Shown here piece after piece: positions 1 through 8,940 of a stretch of DNA of 64,000 nucleotides. Below the pieces are notes generated by a model. It saw only the letters and a list, made by a program, of their open reading frames with translations, was not told the DNA's origin and did not search any database. Origin of the DNA: Eubacteriales bacterium (GTDB lineage: Bacteria; Bacillota; Clostridia; Oscillospirales; QAKW01); NCBI GenBank assembly GCA_045612565.1, contig JAZKZG010000028.1:714-64713 (forward strand), given 5' to 3'. The translations under genes were made by a program, and so were the position numbers. Numbering within the stretch: position 1 is the stretch's first letter; every line of letters begins with the position of its first letter.

Positions 1-565
1 CGTGCATCGAATCAAAAAGCACTCTGAGACCGCGTTCACGCAGTGCATTTAAATCAAGAACATCAAGAATATCATCCAAAAACTTGTTAAATGGATTTTT
101 GAGATATACAATTTTACCGTCGGCAACAGCGCTGTCAAACGGAATGTATTCGACAGTGTCACACTTATCAATAAACTCTTCAACAAGTTTTGTTGTTTCA
201 AGCGGGGCATCACGGCCCTCGTCAACAATAAGTTTTATGCCGTTATATGCAGAGGGATTATGACTTGCTGTTATTTCAATGCCGTAATGAAGTCCTTTGT
301 CTTTAACGGTATGCATTATGAGCGGGGTAGGTGCAGAACGGTTTAAAAACCACACTGTAATACCGCCTTTTGCAAGCACTTCTGCAACCCATTTTGCCGA
401 TTCCTGTGACAAAAAACGTCTGTCATAACCAACAATAATAGGTTTTTCGGTTTTATTTTCTGTACGCGCAAGTGCGAGTATACCCTGTGCCACTTTACGT
501 ATATTATCCATTATAAAATCCTGACCGATTATGGCGCGCCAGCCGCCTGTTCCAAATTTTATCAT
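1..565 (-). CDS. phosphoglucomutase/phosphomannomutase family protein, N-terminal part (runs off the window start)
   Basis: My own reverse-strand translation from ATG (complement 563-565) gives MIKFGTGGWRAIIGQDF...GLHYGIEITASHNPSAYNGIKLIVDEG. TASHNP is the phosphohexomutase active-site serine loop. The ORF track omits it because the ORF is open at the window edge. Confidence 0.85.
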   Translation of the reverse strand, partial: MIKFGTGGWRAIIGQDFIMDNIRKVAQGILALARTENKTEKPIIVGYDRRFLSQESAKWVAEVLAKGGITVWFLNRSAPTPLIMHTVKDKGLHYGIEITASHNPSAYNGIKLIVDEGRDAPLETTKLVEEFIDKCDTVEYIPFDSAVADGKIVYLKNPFNKFLDDILDVLDLNALRERGLRVLFDSMH

Positions 566-662
566 ACTTACCGCCTTTTTGAAAAATGTTTAAATTCGGC
601 TATATCCTCATTATAATTTTAACATAGTAAAATAACAATTTCCTTATAAAATCAGATATTTG

Positions 663-716
663 TTTTACAATTTTGGTCGCATTTTATTGCAATTGTAAAA
701 ATATGTATGATATAAT
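663..716 (+). promoter_or_regulatory. candidate sigma-A promoter with overlapping 10-bp inverted repeat (operator candidate) upstream of the AraC gene
   Basis: TTTTACAATT (663-672) and AATTGTAAAA (691-700) form a perfect inverted repeat. TTGCAA (687-692) is followed by an 18-nt spacer and TGaTATAAT (708-716). Confidence 0.45.
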
Positions 717-749
717 CAAAACAATAAATATGAAAGGCATATCAAGAAA

Positions 750-1625
750 ATGCATTATACCAAAACAAAACTTTGTGATTCGCTCACAGTTGATGGTGTA
801 TATACAATTCATTATTTTGAATATGTAAAAGATTTTTCATATTCGGGAGAATTACACAACTTCTGGGAACTTGTGTACGCTGACCGCAAAGCGCTTGTTC
901 TTACATCGGGAGCAAAAGAAGTGCGTCTTGAGGCAGGTCAACTCTTTTTGCACAAGCCAAATGAATTTCATAATATCCGACCCGACAACCAGAGTGTTGC
1001 AAATTCAATTATTGTGTCTTTTGACTGCAACAGCGAAGAACTTTTGTCGATTGCGGGTGCTGTAATCAGTTGTGACAGCGACCAGCGCCGAATAATCGGC
1101 GGAATAATTCATGAGGCATCACAAGCGTTTTCGACACCTATAGGCAGTCCCTATACTTCAGGAATACAAATATCTCAAGATGCCCCGTTTGGCAGTGCGC
1201 AGATGATACGAACATACATCGAACAACTGCTTATATCATTGGTGCGCGGCGGTCACAAGCCATCGTCACGGCATAATGAAAGCCCAAGGCTTCTTATTGA
1301 TATTTGCCTGTGGCTTGAAAAAAATATCGATATGCAACTGCATTTTAACGATATACTCAAACAGTTTAACACCTCGGCATCGGTTGTAAAAAAACTGTTT
1401 GTGGAGCATATCGGCTGCGGTGCGATGGAATACTTCACACGCCTTAAAATTGATGCCGCAAAACAGATGATACGCGAAAACGAACTAAATTTTACCGAAA
1501 TTGCCGACAAACTCGCATTTAATACATCGCAGTATTTTACAACTGTGTTTAAACGTATTTCGGGTATGACCCCCACCGAGTACGAATTCTCGGTAAAAGC
1601 CAACTTTAATGACGGAGAGAAATAA
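750..1625 (+). CDS. AraC family transcriptional regulator (cupin-like N-domain plus C-terminal dual HTH)
   Basis: 291-aa ORF. The C-terminus AMEYFTRLKIDAAKQMIRENELNFTEIADKLAFNTSQYFTTVFKRISGMTPTEY is a typical AraC-type HTH. Confidence 0.85.
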   Translation: MHYTKTKLCDSLTVDGVYTIHYFEYVKDFSYSGELHNFWELVYADRKALVLTSGAKEVRLEAGQLFLHKPNEFHNIRPDNQSVANSIIVSFDCNSEELLSIAGAVISCDSDQRRIIGGIIHEASQAFSTPIGSPYTSGIQISQDAPFGSAQMIRTYIEQLLISLVRGGHKPSSRHNESPRLLIDICLWLEKNIDMQLHFNDILKQFNTSASVVKKLFVEHIGCGAMEYFTRLKIDAAKQMIRENELNFTEIADKLAFNTSQYFTTVFKRISGMTPTEYEFSVKANFNDGEK

Positions 1626-1626
1626 T

Positions 1627-2121
1627 ATGACAAGTACAAATTCTGATTTTTATAATCGTGTTACAATTGAACTTCACAGAATATGCCACTGCGACGTGCT
1701 TGTGGTGCCCGACCTTCTTGACCGCGGCAAACATTTTATTATGATGTGGCTTAAAGATGAAAACTTCAGAAAAACTTTTGAAAACGATGCGATGATGTAT
1801 TATTACAACATCGCCTGTATCGCTGTCGGCGGAGGTATTGCGTATGCCGACGCTTTTGAAAAAGACGTTTCGCAAATAAAACTCGGTTTTGTCGATACAC
1901 TTATTGCGTCACAACCCGACATAACTAAACTTGCAACCGACATTCTGGGCTATGAAGATGACGATGATAAAAAAATCGAGTACCGCAAAATGCTCGACAG
2001 TATGTTCTCCTGCTTTTTAAGCGAGATGGAGCCGTACTGGGACAAAGAAGACCCGCGCCCGTTTTTATTCCAGGGACTTATGGCGTTTTTCCAGGCGGGT
2101 ATCTCATACCGTCTTAAATAA
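1627..2121 (+). CDS. hypothetical protein
   Basis: Same frame as track ORF 1609-2121. I prefer ATG 1627 (MTSTNSDFYN...), 2 nt after the AraC stop. No family recognised. Confidence 0.55.
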   Translation: MTSTNSDFYNRVTIELHRICHCDVLVVPDLLDRGKHFIMMWLKDENFRKTFENDAMMYYYNIACIAVGGGIAYADAFEKDVSQIKLGFVDTLIASQPDITKLATDILGYEDDDDKKIEYRKMLDSMFSCFLSEMEPYWDKEDPRPFLFQGLMAFFQAGISYRLK

Positions 2122-2227
2122 CCCTCATTTTGTGTGATTATTTCGTCACTTTATTTTAAATTTCAAAAAGAACTGTTGATTTTTAGTTTTATTGTATTAG
2201 AATGAAAGAAAAACGGAGGTTTTTATT

Positions 2228-3508
2228 ATGTTTAAATCAGGCTTTGCGAGGGTTGACGTAACACCGCCCCTTGGCACAATTTTAACAGGATATTTCAAAG
2301 ATCGTATTTCTGACGGAGTCCTTGACCCCATTCAGTTAAATGCCCTTGCAATAAACGACGGTGAAAAGACTGCGCTTATTATCACCAGTGACTTTATGTA
2401 TACAATTGAGGCGGCAATGAACCGCTTCCGTTCACTTATTGCAGCGACAACGGGCGTTGAAATGGACAATATTTTTATACAGTCTGTACATCAGCACACT
2501 TCTACTACAGCCGGTATAGGCGGACCGACCGATACCGTTTATCAGGACTTTTTAGAAAGAAAATACTGCGACGTTGCACGTATGGCAATTGATGATCTTG
2601 CAGATGCAACTGTTTCAATTGCAAGTAAAGAAACCGATGAAACCATTTCGTACATCCGCCGTTTTAAAATGAAAGACGGCTCGACAATAACAAACCCAAG
2701 CGACAGACGTCTTCCCGATGTTGTGGGACCGATAGGCAAGGCTGACAATACAGTTCGTATCGTTAGATTTACAAGAGAGGGCGCAAAGGATATCGCGCTT
2801 GTAAACTTCCAGACACACCCCGATGTTATCGGCGGCAACAAATTCTCGGCAGACTGGGCAGGTTTTACAAGAAGATTTTGTGAAAAAGATATTGAAAATA
2901 TACACTGCATCCTCGTTAACGGCTGTCAGGGTGACGTAAATCACATTAACCCCTATGACCGTCACGGCGGCTATATTCACAGTGAATTTATGGGCAGAAC
3001 AATTGCAAACACCGTTGTGGCTATATGGAATAAAACAGAACAAATTGACATTGATAAAATCACAACCAAAGTTGAATTCAAGCGTATCCCTTCAAATACC
3101 AACGGCATTGATAAAATCGACGAAGCAATTCAGTTTTACAGCGATTATCAGGCGGGTAAAATTGATAAACATCCAGGTATGATTATGCTTGGAAAAATAA
3201 GGAGAATTGCTGATATGGAACAGGTAAAACTCATTCAGCGTGTGCCCGTTTCAATGATCGCTTTTGGTAAAGTGGCACTTATCGGCTACGGCGGTGAGCC
3301 GTTCTCTGAGTACGCATACGTGCTTCGTGAGGCAAGACCCGATTTGCACATAATGACTGCGTGTCTTGCAAATGCGGCACAGGGCTATCTTCCGTCAGCG
3401 GAGGCATTTTCAGAGGGCGGATATGAGGCAGAAACCACTAACTTTACCGAGTCGGTAGCACCTGTTTTGCAAAATTGTGCAATTGATATGCTAAAAGAAA
3501 TATTATAA
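2228..3508 (+). CDS. neutral/alkaline ceramidase-like N-terminal-domain hydrolase (putative)
   Basis: 426 aa with RBS GGAGG upstream. The N-terminus MFKSGFARVDVTPPLGTILTGY...DPIQLNALAI...SVHQHTS resembles my memory of that family. The assignment is unverified. Confidence 0.55.
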   Translation: MFKSGFARVDVTPPLGTILTGYFKDRISDGVLDPIQLNALAINDGEKTALIITSDFMYTIEAAMNRFRSLIAATTGVEMDNIFIQSVHQHTSTTAGIGGPTDTVYQDFLERKYCDVARMAIDDLADATVSIASKETDETISYIRRFKMKDGSTITNPSDRRLPDVVGPIGKADNTVRIVRFTREGAKDIALVNFQTHPDVIGGNKFSADWAGFTRRFCEKDIENIHCILVNGCQGDVNHINPYDRHGGYIHSEFMGRTIANTVVAIWNKTEQIDIDKITTKVEFKRIPSNTNGIDKIDEAIQFYSDYQAGKIDKHPGMIMLGKIRRIADMEQVKLIQRVPVSMIAFGKVALIGYGGEPFSEYAYVLREARPDLHIMTACLANAAQGYLPSAEAFSEGGYEAETTNFTESVAPVLQNCAIDMLKEIL

Positions 3509-3517
3509 ATACCGAAA

Positions 3518-3550
3518 GGGGAGGGCGCAGAGACCCTCCCCTACATTTTT
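3518..3550 (+). terminator. intrinsic terminator candidate
   Basis: GGGGAGGG-cgcagaga-CCCTCCCC hairpin (3518-3541), followed by tacaTTTTTT. Confidence 0.6.
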
Positions 3551-3570
3551 TAAACAGAACAGAAAAATTT

Positions 3571-3597
3571 TGCAACCTTTTTGGAGTTCGTATCGTT
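3571..3597 (+). promoter_or_regulatory. ECF-sigma-type promoter candidate (TGCAAC-N17-CGTT)
   Basis: TGCAAC at 3571-3576 and CGTT at 3594-3597. RBS GGAGGAGG (3606-3613) and the sigma-like stub ORF follow. Confidence 0.35.
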
Positions 3598-3624
3598 ATA
3601 TATACGGAGGAGGTAAAACGACGC

Positions 3625-3714
3625 TATGTACATAGAAAACATTATCGAGCGCTACGGCAGTGCTGTTTACAGTTTTGCACTGATGCGCCTTAAAAACCCT
3701 GACGATGCCGACTG
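3625..3714 (+). pseudogene. truncated ECF sigma-70 family gene (29-codon N-terminal stub)
   Basis: MYIENIIERYGSAVYSFALMRLKNPDDAD* resembles the start of sigma region 2 of ECF sigma factors. No reading frame continues the homology downstream. Confidence 0.45.
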
Positions 3715-3785
3715 ACCGAGCAACATACAGGGCATCATTACGCTCGTAATACCGTTGCGTACACAGGGAGAGTCACAATTAACAA

Positions 3786-3814
3786 TTGACAGCACTTTAC
3801 ACGAGTGGTAATAT
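3786..3814 (+). promoter_or_regulatory. sigma-A promoter candidate for the PHP-domain gene
   Basis: TTGACA (3786-3791), a 17-nt spacer, then TAATAT (3809-3814) preceded by TGg. Confidence 0.55.
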
Positions 3815-3843
3815 GTTAAAAAAGATATAAGGAGTGTCACTTC

Positions 3844-5244
3844 ATGGCTAACAAACGCACCAGATTTTGTGCTTTTCCGTCGGTTGTTCCTGCCGGCAGC
3901 AAAGCAAAAATTACTATTTTTCCTTGCGATATTTCAAGAAGATTCAGACGAGAGTACGAGTATGAGGTAGGCGTTATCGGTTTAGGCGACGATATGGTTC
4001 ACTACTATTACAAGGAGCCGCTAGATTTACCTTATGAGGTTGTTGACGGAACCTTACAATTTGAATATGATTTTTCGCGCGAGCAGGAATATAAAATCAC
4101 TTTTTGTAAAAAAGGTGAAAAGGAAGATGATTTGTCGGTGTATGCGCTTGATGGTGATCTTTATGAGCGCCGCGCACTGAAGGGTGATTTGCACACTCAC
4201 AGTTATTATTCCGATGGGGCTGACGGTGTTGCAATGACTCCCGCAAACTACCGTGAGCAAGGCTTTGACTTTTTTGCGCTCACCGACCATAACCGTATGT
4301 TTACTTCGGACTTTGCCAAAAAAAGCTTTGATGGTGTTGACCTCGGCATACATATAATGAACGGGGAAGAGATACACACCCCCGGCTCACTTGTTCACAT
4401 TGTAAACGTCGGCTCAAAGTACAGCGTTTGCGAAAAATACGTGCGTGACCCCGAAGGCTACGAAGCCGCTGTTGACGAGATTGAAAAAACGCTGATCGAC
4501 GTGCCCGAAACCTACCGCAGACGCGTAGCAATGGCGCACTGGGCGTGTAATGAGATACACAAAGCAGGCGGTATTGCAATTTTTGCCCATCCGTTCTGGA
4601 CACCGTATAAATTCAATCTTTCCGATGAGTTCCGAGATATTATATATAATCAGGATATTTTTGACGCCTTTGAGCTTATGGGCGGCTGTGGCTATAAAAG
4701 TTGTAACAAACAACTCGCGCTGTGGCACCAAAAGTGTATGGAAGGTCACAAGCTTCCGCCCGTCGGCAGTTCTGACTCACACAGTCACGAATACGCCAAC
4801 GGTAAATATGCACACAGATTTACAATTGTTTTTGCAAAGCAAAACACTACCGAGGCAATCCTTGAGGCAATAAAACAAGGATATACCGTTGCGGGTGACT
4901 TGACCGATGACGGAAGCGTTCGTTTTTACGGCGATTTGCGACTTGTATGCTTTGCGCATTTTATGTTTAATAACTATTTTGACAAAACAAAAGAACTGTG
5001 CGCAACCGAAGGCGCACTTATGCAGCGCTATGCTGCTGGCGAGGATGTTGGCAAGATAATCTCGGCACTCGCGCCGTCGGTTGAAAACTTTTATAAAAAG
5101 TTTTATGGGCTCACACCCGCGCCTGTTTTGTCAAAAGAACGTACAGAGTACCTTGACAAGCTTCTCGACGCACAAATCAACTCGGGAATTGTCACCAAAG
5201 GCTCGAACCTAGAACCCTATCCCCAAAAAGAACGCAGAGAATAA
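3844..5244 (+). CDS. PHP-domain metal-dependent phosphoesterase (CehA/McbA-like)
   Basis: 466 aa. LKGDLHTHSYYSDGADG and FFALTDHNRM are PHP-domain histidine motifs. RBS AAGGAG lies upstream. Confidence 0.75.
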   Translation: MANKRTRFCAFPSVVPAGSKAKITIFPCDISRRFRREYEYEVGVIGLGDDMVHYYYKEPLDLPYEVVDGTLQFEYDFSREQEYKITFCKKGEKEDDLSVYALDGDLYERRALKGDLHTHSYYSDGADGVAMTPANYREQGFDFFALTDHNRMFTSDFAKKSFDGVDLGIHIMNGEEIHTPGSLVHIVNVGSKYSVCEKYVRDPEGYEAAVDEIEKTLIDVPETYRRRVAMAHWACNEIHKAGGIAIFAHPFWTPYKFNLSDEFRDIIYNQDIFDAFELMGGCGYKSCNKQLALWHQKCMEGHKLPPVGSSDSHSHEYANGKYAHRFTIVFAKQNTTEAILEAIKQGYTVAGDLTDDGSVRFYGDLRLVCFAHFMFNNYFDKTKELCATEGALMQRYAAGEDVGKIISALAPSVENFYKKFYGLTPAPVLSKERTEYLDKLLDAQINSGIVTKGSNLEPYPQKERRE

Positions 5245-5281
5245 AAAGGGGTTATCGAGGACATCGACATTATCTCAATTT

Positions 5282-5307
5282 GTAGGGGCGATTCACGAAT
5301 CGCCCGT
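5282..5307. repeat. REP-like hairpin, copy 1 (GTAGGGGCGATTCACGAATCGCCCGT)
   Basis: Stem GGGCGATTC/GAATCGCCC. A second copy at 59908-59933 differs by a compensatory C>T / G>A pair. Confidence 0.7.
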
Positions 5308-5311
5308 AAAT

Positions 5312-5346
5312 AAAAAAGGTAGAATCAAACGATTCTACCTTTTTTT
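5312..5346. terminator. bidirectional intrinsic terminator between convergent genes
   Basis: AAAAAA-GGTAGAATC-aaac-GATTCTACC-TTTTTTT. Confidence 0.8.
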
Positions 5347-5386
5347 CGGGCTCCCCACAAAACCGTGGTTTTTATGGGGTGATTCT

Positions 5387-6127
5387 TTATTTATTACGAA
5401 ATCTTGCAAGGAAATCTTTTGTTGCATCTCTTTGCGGATTTTCAAAAATCTGTTCGGGGGTGCCTTCTTCGCAGATAACACCGTCGCTCATATAAACAAC
5501 GTGATTACTTACCTCACGTGCAAACGCCATTTCGTGAGTTACAACAATCATTGTCATACCCTCTTTGGCAAGTGTTTGCATAACATCAAGGATTTCGCCA
5601 ACCATTTCGGGATCGAGCGCCGATGTCGGCTCGTCAAAGAGCAGAACTTCGGGATTCATCGCGAGTGCACGTGCAATTGCAACACGCTGTTTCATACCGC
5701 CCGAAAGCTGACGCGGTTTTGCGTTTATATACGGTGCCATACCAACCTTTTCCAAAAACTTGAGCGCGGTCTCTTTTGCCTCGGCCTTTTTCTTGCCGAG
5801 TACCTTTATCTGACCCACCATACAGTTTTTGAGAACGGTCATATTATTAAAAAGATTAAACGACTGAAAAACCATACCTACATGTGAGCGGTAAGCGCTC
5901 TCGCCGCCTTTGAGGCTTGTGATATTCTGTCCGTGATACAGAATTTCACCCGAGGTTGGTGTTTCGAGTAGGTTTATACAACGAAGAAGCGTTGATTTAC
6001 CCGAGCCCGACGCACCGATAATGCTTGTAACGTCGCCTTTTTTTACTGAGAAGTCGATATCTTTTAACACGACGTGTGTTCCAAAGGTTTTGGACAGATG
6101 CTTGATTTCTAAAATCTGCTCTGACAT
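5387..6127 (-). CDS. polar amino-acid ABC transporter, ATP-binding protein
   Basis: 246 aa with Walker [13 protein letters not shown] signature LSGGMKQR and Walker [12 protein letters not shown]. GlnQ/HisP-like. Confidence 0.9.
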   Translation of the reverse strand: MSEQILEIKHLSKTFGTHVVLKDIDFSVKKGDVTSIIGASGSGKSTLLRCINLLETPTSGEILYHGQNITSLKGGESAYRSHVGMVFQSFNLFNNMTVLKNCMVGQIKVLGKKKAEAKETALKFLEKVGMAPYINAKPRQLSGGMKQRVAIARALAMNPEVLLFDEPTSALDPEMVGEILDVMQTLAKEGMTMIVVTHEMAFAREVSNHVVYMSDGVICEEGTPEQIFENPQRDATKDFLARFRNK

Positions 6128-6928
6128 TTATCTGTCCTCCTTTTCTTCGGGCGCACGGAAAGTATACATACCGCTTGTGTGCGCGAGTGTATCGGTTGTG
6201 GCAACATCAAAGTTTGCGGGTCCGTCAAGTTTTTTCTCCCAAAGCCGCAGGAGTATCGAGCAGACAATTGTAATGATGAGGTACATTGCCATCTCGATTA
6301 CAGCGGACGGGAAGTAGAGGTATGTGCGACCCACGATTGCACTGTGTGTTGCAAACAGTTCGGTGTAACCGATAATAAACATAACCGACGTATCTTTGAT
6401 GTTTATAATAAGGTTGTTGCCAATCTGCGGTAATATATTGCGCAGAGTCTGCGGTAAGATTACATACAGCATTGTCTGAAAATGTGTCATACCGATTGCC
6501 TTTGCGCCCTCGGTCTGACCAGGGTCGATTGAAAGGATACCACCTCGTACCGTTTCAGCCATATATGCACCTGTGTTGATTGAAACAACAAGGTATGCCG
6601 CAAAGATGGGGTCGAGCGAATAGCCAAAGAAATAGGGGGTTGCAAAAAAGATGAAAACCGCCTGTAAAATCATTGGCGTTCCGCGGAAAATTTCAACATA
6701 AGCGCGGATTATACCGCGGAGTGTATAGATTGCACCGCGCTTTATGATATTGTCTTTTTTTGAACAGGGGATTGTTTGCAAAATACCGCAAAGAAGACCG
6801 ATAATACAGCCGATGAACGTTGCAACAATAGCAAGTTCAAGCGTTTTTTGTGCGCCGACAAGGTACTGCGGAAGGTTGTTTTGCAAAAGTTTTACAATCT
6901 CCTGACCAAGCTTTAAAAACTTGTCCAT
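6128..6928 (-). CDS. polar amino-acid ABC transporter, permease
   Basis: 266 aa, multi-TM, with the EAA-like loop TEGAKAIGMTHFQTMLYVILPQ typical of HisM/GlnP-type permeases. It abuts the ATPase gene. Confidence 0.85.
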   Translation of the reverse strand: MDKFLKLGQEIVKLLQNNLPQYLVGAQKTLELAIVATFIGCIIGLLCGILQTIPCSKKDNIIKRGAIYTLRGIIRAYVEIFRGTPMILQAVFIFFATPYFFGYSLDPIFAAYLVVSINTGAYMAETVRGGILSIDPGQTEGAKAIGMTHFQTMLYVILPQTLRNILPQIGNNLIINIKDTSVMFIIGYTELFATHSAIVGRTYLYFPSAVIEMAMYLIITIVCSILLRLWEKKLDGPANFDVATTDTLAHTSGMYTFRAPEEKEDR

Positions 6929-6936
6929 ATTATAAA

Positions 6937-7773
6937 TTACTCACCGATAGGCTGAATTTTTGTAGCTTCACCCATAATCTCGTTAAAGTCATCAGCAGTC
7001 ATTTTGCCAAGAACTTTATCAATAGACTCTTTAAGAGCAGTGTTGCCTTTTTGAACAGAAACACCGATGTTGATGTCGCTGTCTGCAACTTCAAAGCCGT
7101 TTTCGCCCTCGAATGAGAGGATTTTCATATCGGGGTATGCAATAACTGCGCCCTGTGCTGTGGGCATATCGGTACAAACGAAGTCAACATCGCCTGTTTC
7201 AAGTGCCATAAGCATTGCAGGAGCGGTGTCTTTTGCTGTTTCGATTTTTGCACCTTCAATCTGGGGAAGGCAAGTGTCGTACCAGATTGTACCAAGCTGT
7301 GATGTACATTTGCCACCTGCGAGGTCAGAAAGTTTTGTTGCGTTTGCAAATTTAGAATCGTTTTTAACAAGGCATACGATTGATGCATAGAGATAAGGAC
7401 CTGCAAAGTCAACCTGCTGTGCGCGTTCGGGTGTCATTGACTGACCTGCGATAACAGCGTCAACTGTACCTGTCTGAACAGCGGGAACAAGTGAATCCCA
7501 GTCAAGACGAACGATTTCGAGTTCCCAACCGTTTTCTTCACAAATCTTTTTTGCCATCATAACGTCATAGCCGTTAGCGTACTCGTTTGTGTCTTTGATC
7601 GGAACAGCGCCGTTAGCGTCTGTGGGCTGTGACCAGTTATAAGGTGCATAAGCACATTCCATAGCAACGGTGAGTACACCGTCATCAACGCCTGCTGCGC
7701 CGCTCTTTGAGCATGATACCATTGCAAATGCAAGTACCATTACGAGTAAAAGTGCGATAATTCTTTTTTTCAT
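6937..7773 (-). CDS. amino-acid ABC transporter substrate-binding lipoprotein (predicted lysine/basic amino acid, from the riboswitch context)
   Basis: 278 aa with signal peptide and Cys (MVLAFAMVSCSK) and a family-3 SBP-like body. It is the first gene behind the L-box leader. Confidence 0.8.
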   Translation of the reverse strand: MKKRIIALLLVMVLAFAMVSCSKSGAAGVDDGVLTVAMECAYAPYNWSQPTDANGAVPIKDTNEYANGYDVMMAKKICEENGWELEIVRLDWDSLVPAVQTGTVDAVIAGQSMTPERAQQVDFAGPYLYASIVCLVKNDSKFANATKLSDLAGGKCTSQLGTIWYDTCLPQIEGAKIETAKDTAPAMLMALETGDVDFVCTDMPTAQGAVIAYPDMKILSFEGENGFEVADSDINIGVSVQKGNTALKESIDKVLGKMTADDFNEIMGEATKIQPIGE

Positions 7774-7828
7774 TTTCTTTCTCTCCTAAAATAAAAATAT
7801 TTTTTTCACCCCGTTTTGCAGGGGCATA

Positions 7829-8068
7829 TAAAAACAAAAACCGCCAAACACTAATGTTAAGCGGTTCCAAAAATACCAAAAACAGTATATGTACGGATAG
7901 CGCTTCACATTAAAAAATGTGACAGTCCGCAAGGTGTTTCCCTACGGCCCAGCAACATATTTTTTAAGGCAATAGAAATATGTCACTTCGGCGGTAATCC
8001 CTTTTTGCAAAAGCATCTGCCTTTTTTCTTTTGCATACTATTGATGTACCGCGCCTCTATCATAGCGA
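7829..8068 (-). promoter_or_regulatory. lysine riboswitch (L-box) with terminator expression platform
   Basis: The reverse strand reads GATAGAGGCGCGGTACATCAATAGTATGC...AAAGGGATTACCGCCGAAGTGAC...TTGCTGGGCCGTAGGGAAACACCTTGCGGACTGTCAC. This matches the conserved L-box blocks as in B. subtilis lysC (GAGGYGCG, AGUA, GCCGAAG, UUGCUGGCCGU, CUGUCA). The hairpin AACCGC-N16-GCGGTT plus a T-run (7829-7868) follows. Confidence 0.8.
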
Positions 8069-8083
8069 TTTATGTTTTTTGTA

Positions 8084-8112
8084 ATTATATACCAACGTTT
8101 GACATTTGTCAA
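8084..8112 (-). promoter_or_regulatory. consensus sigma-A promoter driving the L-box leader
   Basis: Reverse strand: TTGACA (8107-8112), a 17-nt spacer, TATAAT (8084-8089). This gives a leader of about 300 nt. Confidence 0.65.
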
Positions 8113-8120
8113 CAGGTATT

Positions 8121-8882
8121 TTATTTTACTTTTAGTAATTTCGATGCGTTATTATACATAATGTTGTCAATATCAGTGTCAGACAGCCCTGATTTTAACA
8201 CAGCATCAATAAACGGCTGTATTTGGTAACCCGGAAAATCGGTGCCGAACAGGATGCGGTCGGAACCAATTTTTGATACGGCATCAGTAAGCATACCCTC
8301 GCGCGTTGCACCATATGCCGAGATATCGGTGTACATATTTGGGTATTTTTTCATTAAATCTATAACGCTATCAAACAGTCCGTAACCGTCAAGATGAGCG
8401 ATAACAATTTTAAGGTTTGGAAAAGAAGTGAGTAGTTTTTCCATATCGGAATACCGTTTTGACGAGGGGTGAAGTGATACCACCATACCAAGTTCGTCGG
8501 CATACGAAAAGATTTCGTAAAGACCCGCGTGGTCATACTGATAGCCCATCATATAATAAACAAGTTCGCCAACCAAAAGACCGCCACGTGATTTGTGCTC
8601 ACGCATAATTTCGCAAGACAAATCGACAAAGTCGGGGTGAACGTGCACACCTGCGGTATAAAAATCGGGGTACTGTTCCTCAATATCATAAGCGTGTGCG
8701 TTAAGACGCTTTATAATGTCGCCGTAGTTTTCAATCGGCTGAGCATTACATGCCATATCAATGGCACACCCCGCACAGCGAGTGATACCAACATTTTTAA
8801 GAGTATTTAAGTATTCGCGCGAATTGCCCGATTTTCCGTTAAAGTCATAACCCACGTGCATATGAAAATCAAATATTTTCAA
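8121..8882 (-). CDS. amidohydrolase-family metal-dependent hydrolase (TIM barrel)
   Basis: I place the start at TTG (complement 8880-8882), 6 nt after RBS GAGGTG, giving (M)KIFDFHMHVGYD... with an HxH metal motif. The longer track ORF (to 9110) reads through a terminator hairpin and a transposase relic. Confidence 0.7.
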   Translation of the reverse strand: MKIFDFHMHVGYDFNGKSGNSREYLNTLKNVGITRCAGCAIDMACNAQPIENYGDIIKRLNAHAYDIEEQYPDFYTAGVHVHPDFVDLSCEIMREHKSRGGLLVGELVYYMMGYQYDHAGLYEIFSYADELGMVVSLHPSSKRYSDMEKLLTSFPNLKIVIAHLDGYGLFDSVIDLMKKYPNMYTDISAYGATREGMLTDAVSKIGSDRILFGTDFPGYQIQPFIDAVLKSGLSDTDIDNIMYNNASKLLKVK

Positions 8883-8940
8883 CAAAATCACCTCGCAAAA
8901 ATTATATATTAATAAAATAAACTTTTCAATAAATACGTTA

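Noticed and set aside
7829-8068. T-box leader hypothesis for the ABC-transporter 5' region (TGGAACCGC resembles the T-box UGGNACCGC).
   Set aside because: Once the full leader from the promoter at 8084-8112 was read, the L-box blocks (GAGGCGCG, AGTA, GCCGAAG, TTGCTGGGCCGT, CTGTCA) fitted much better. No specifier-loop or stem-I platform features were found.
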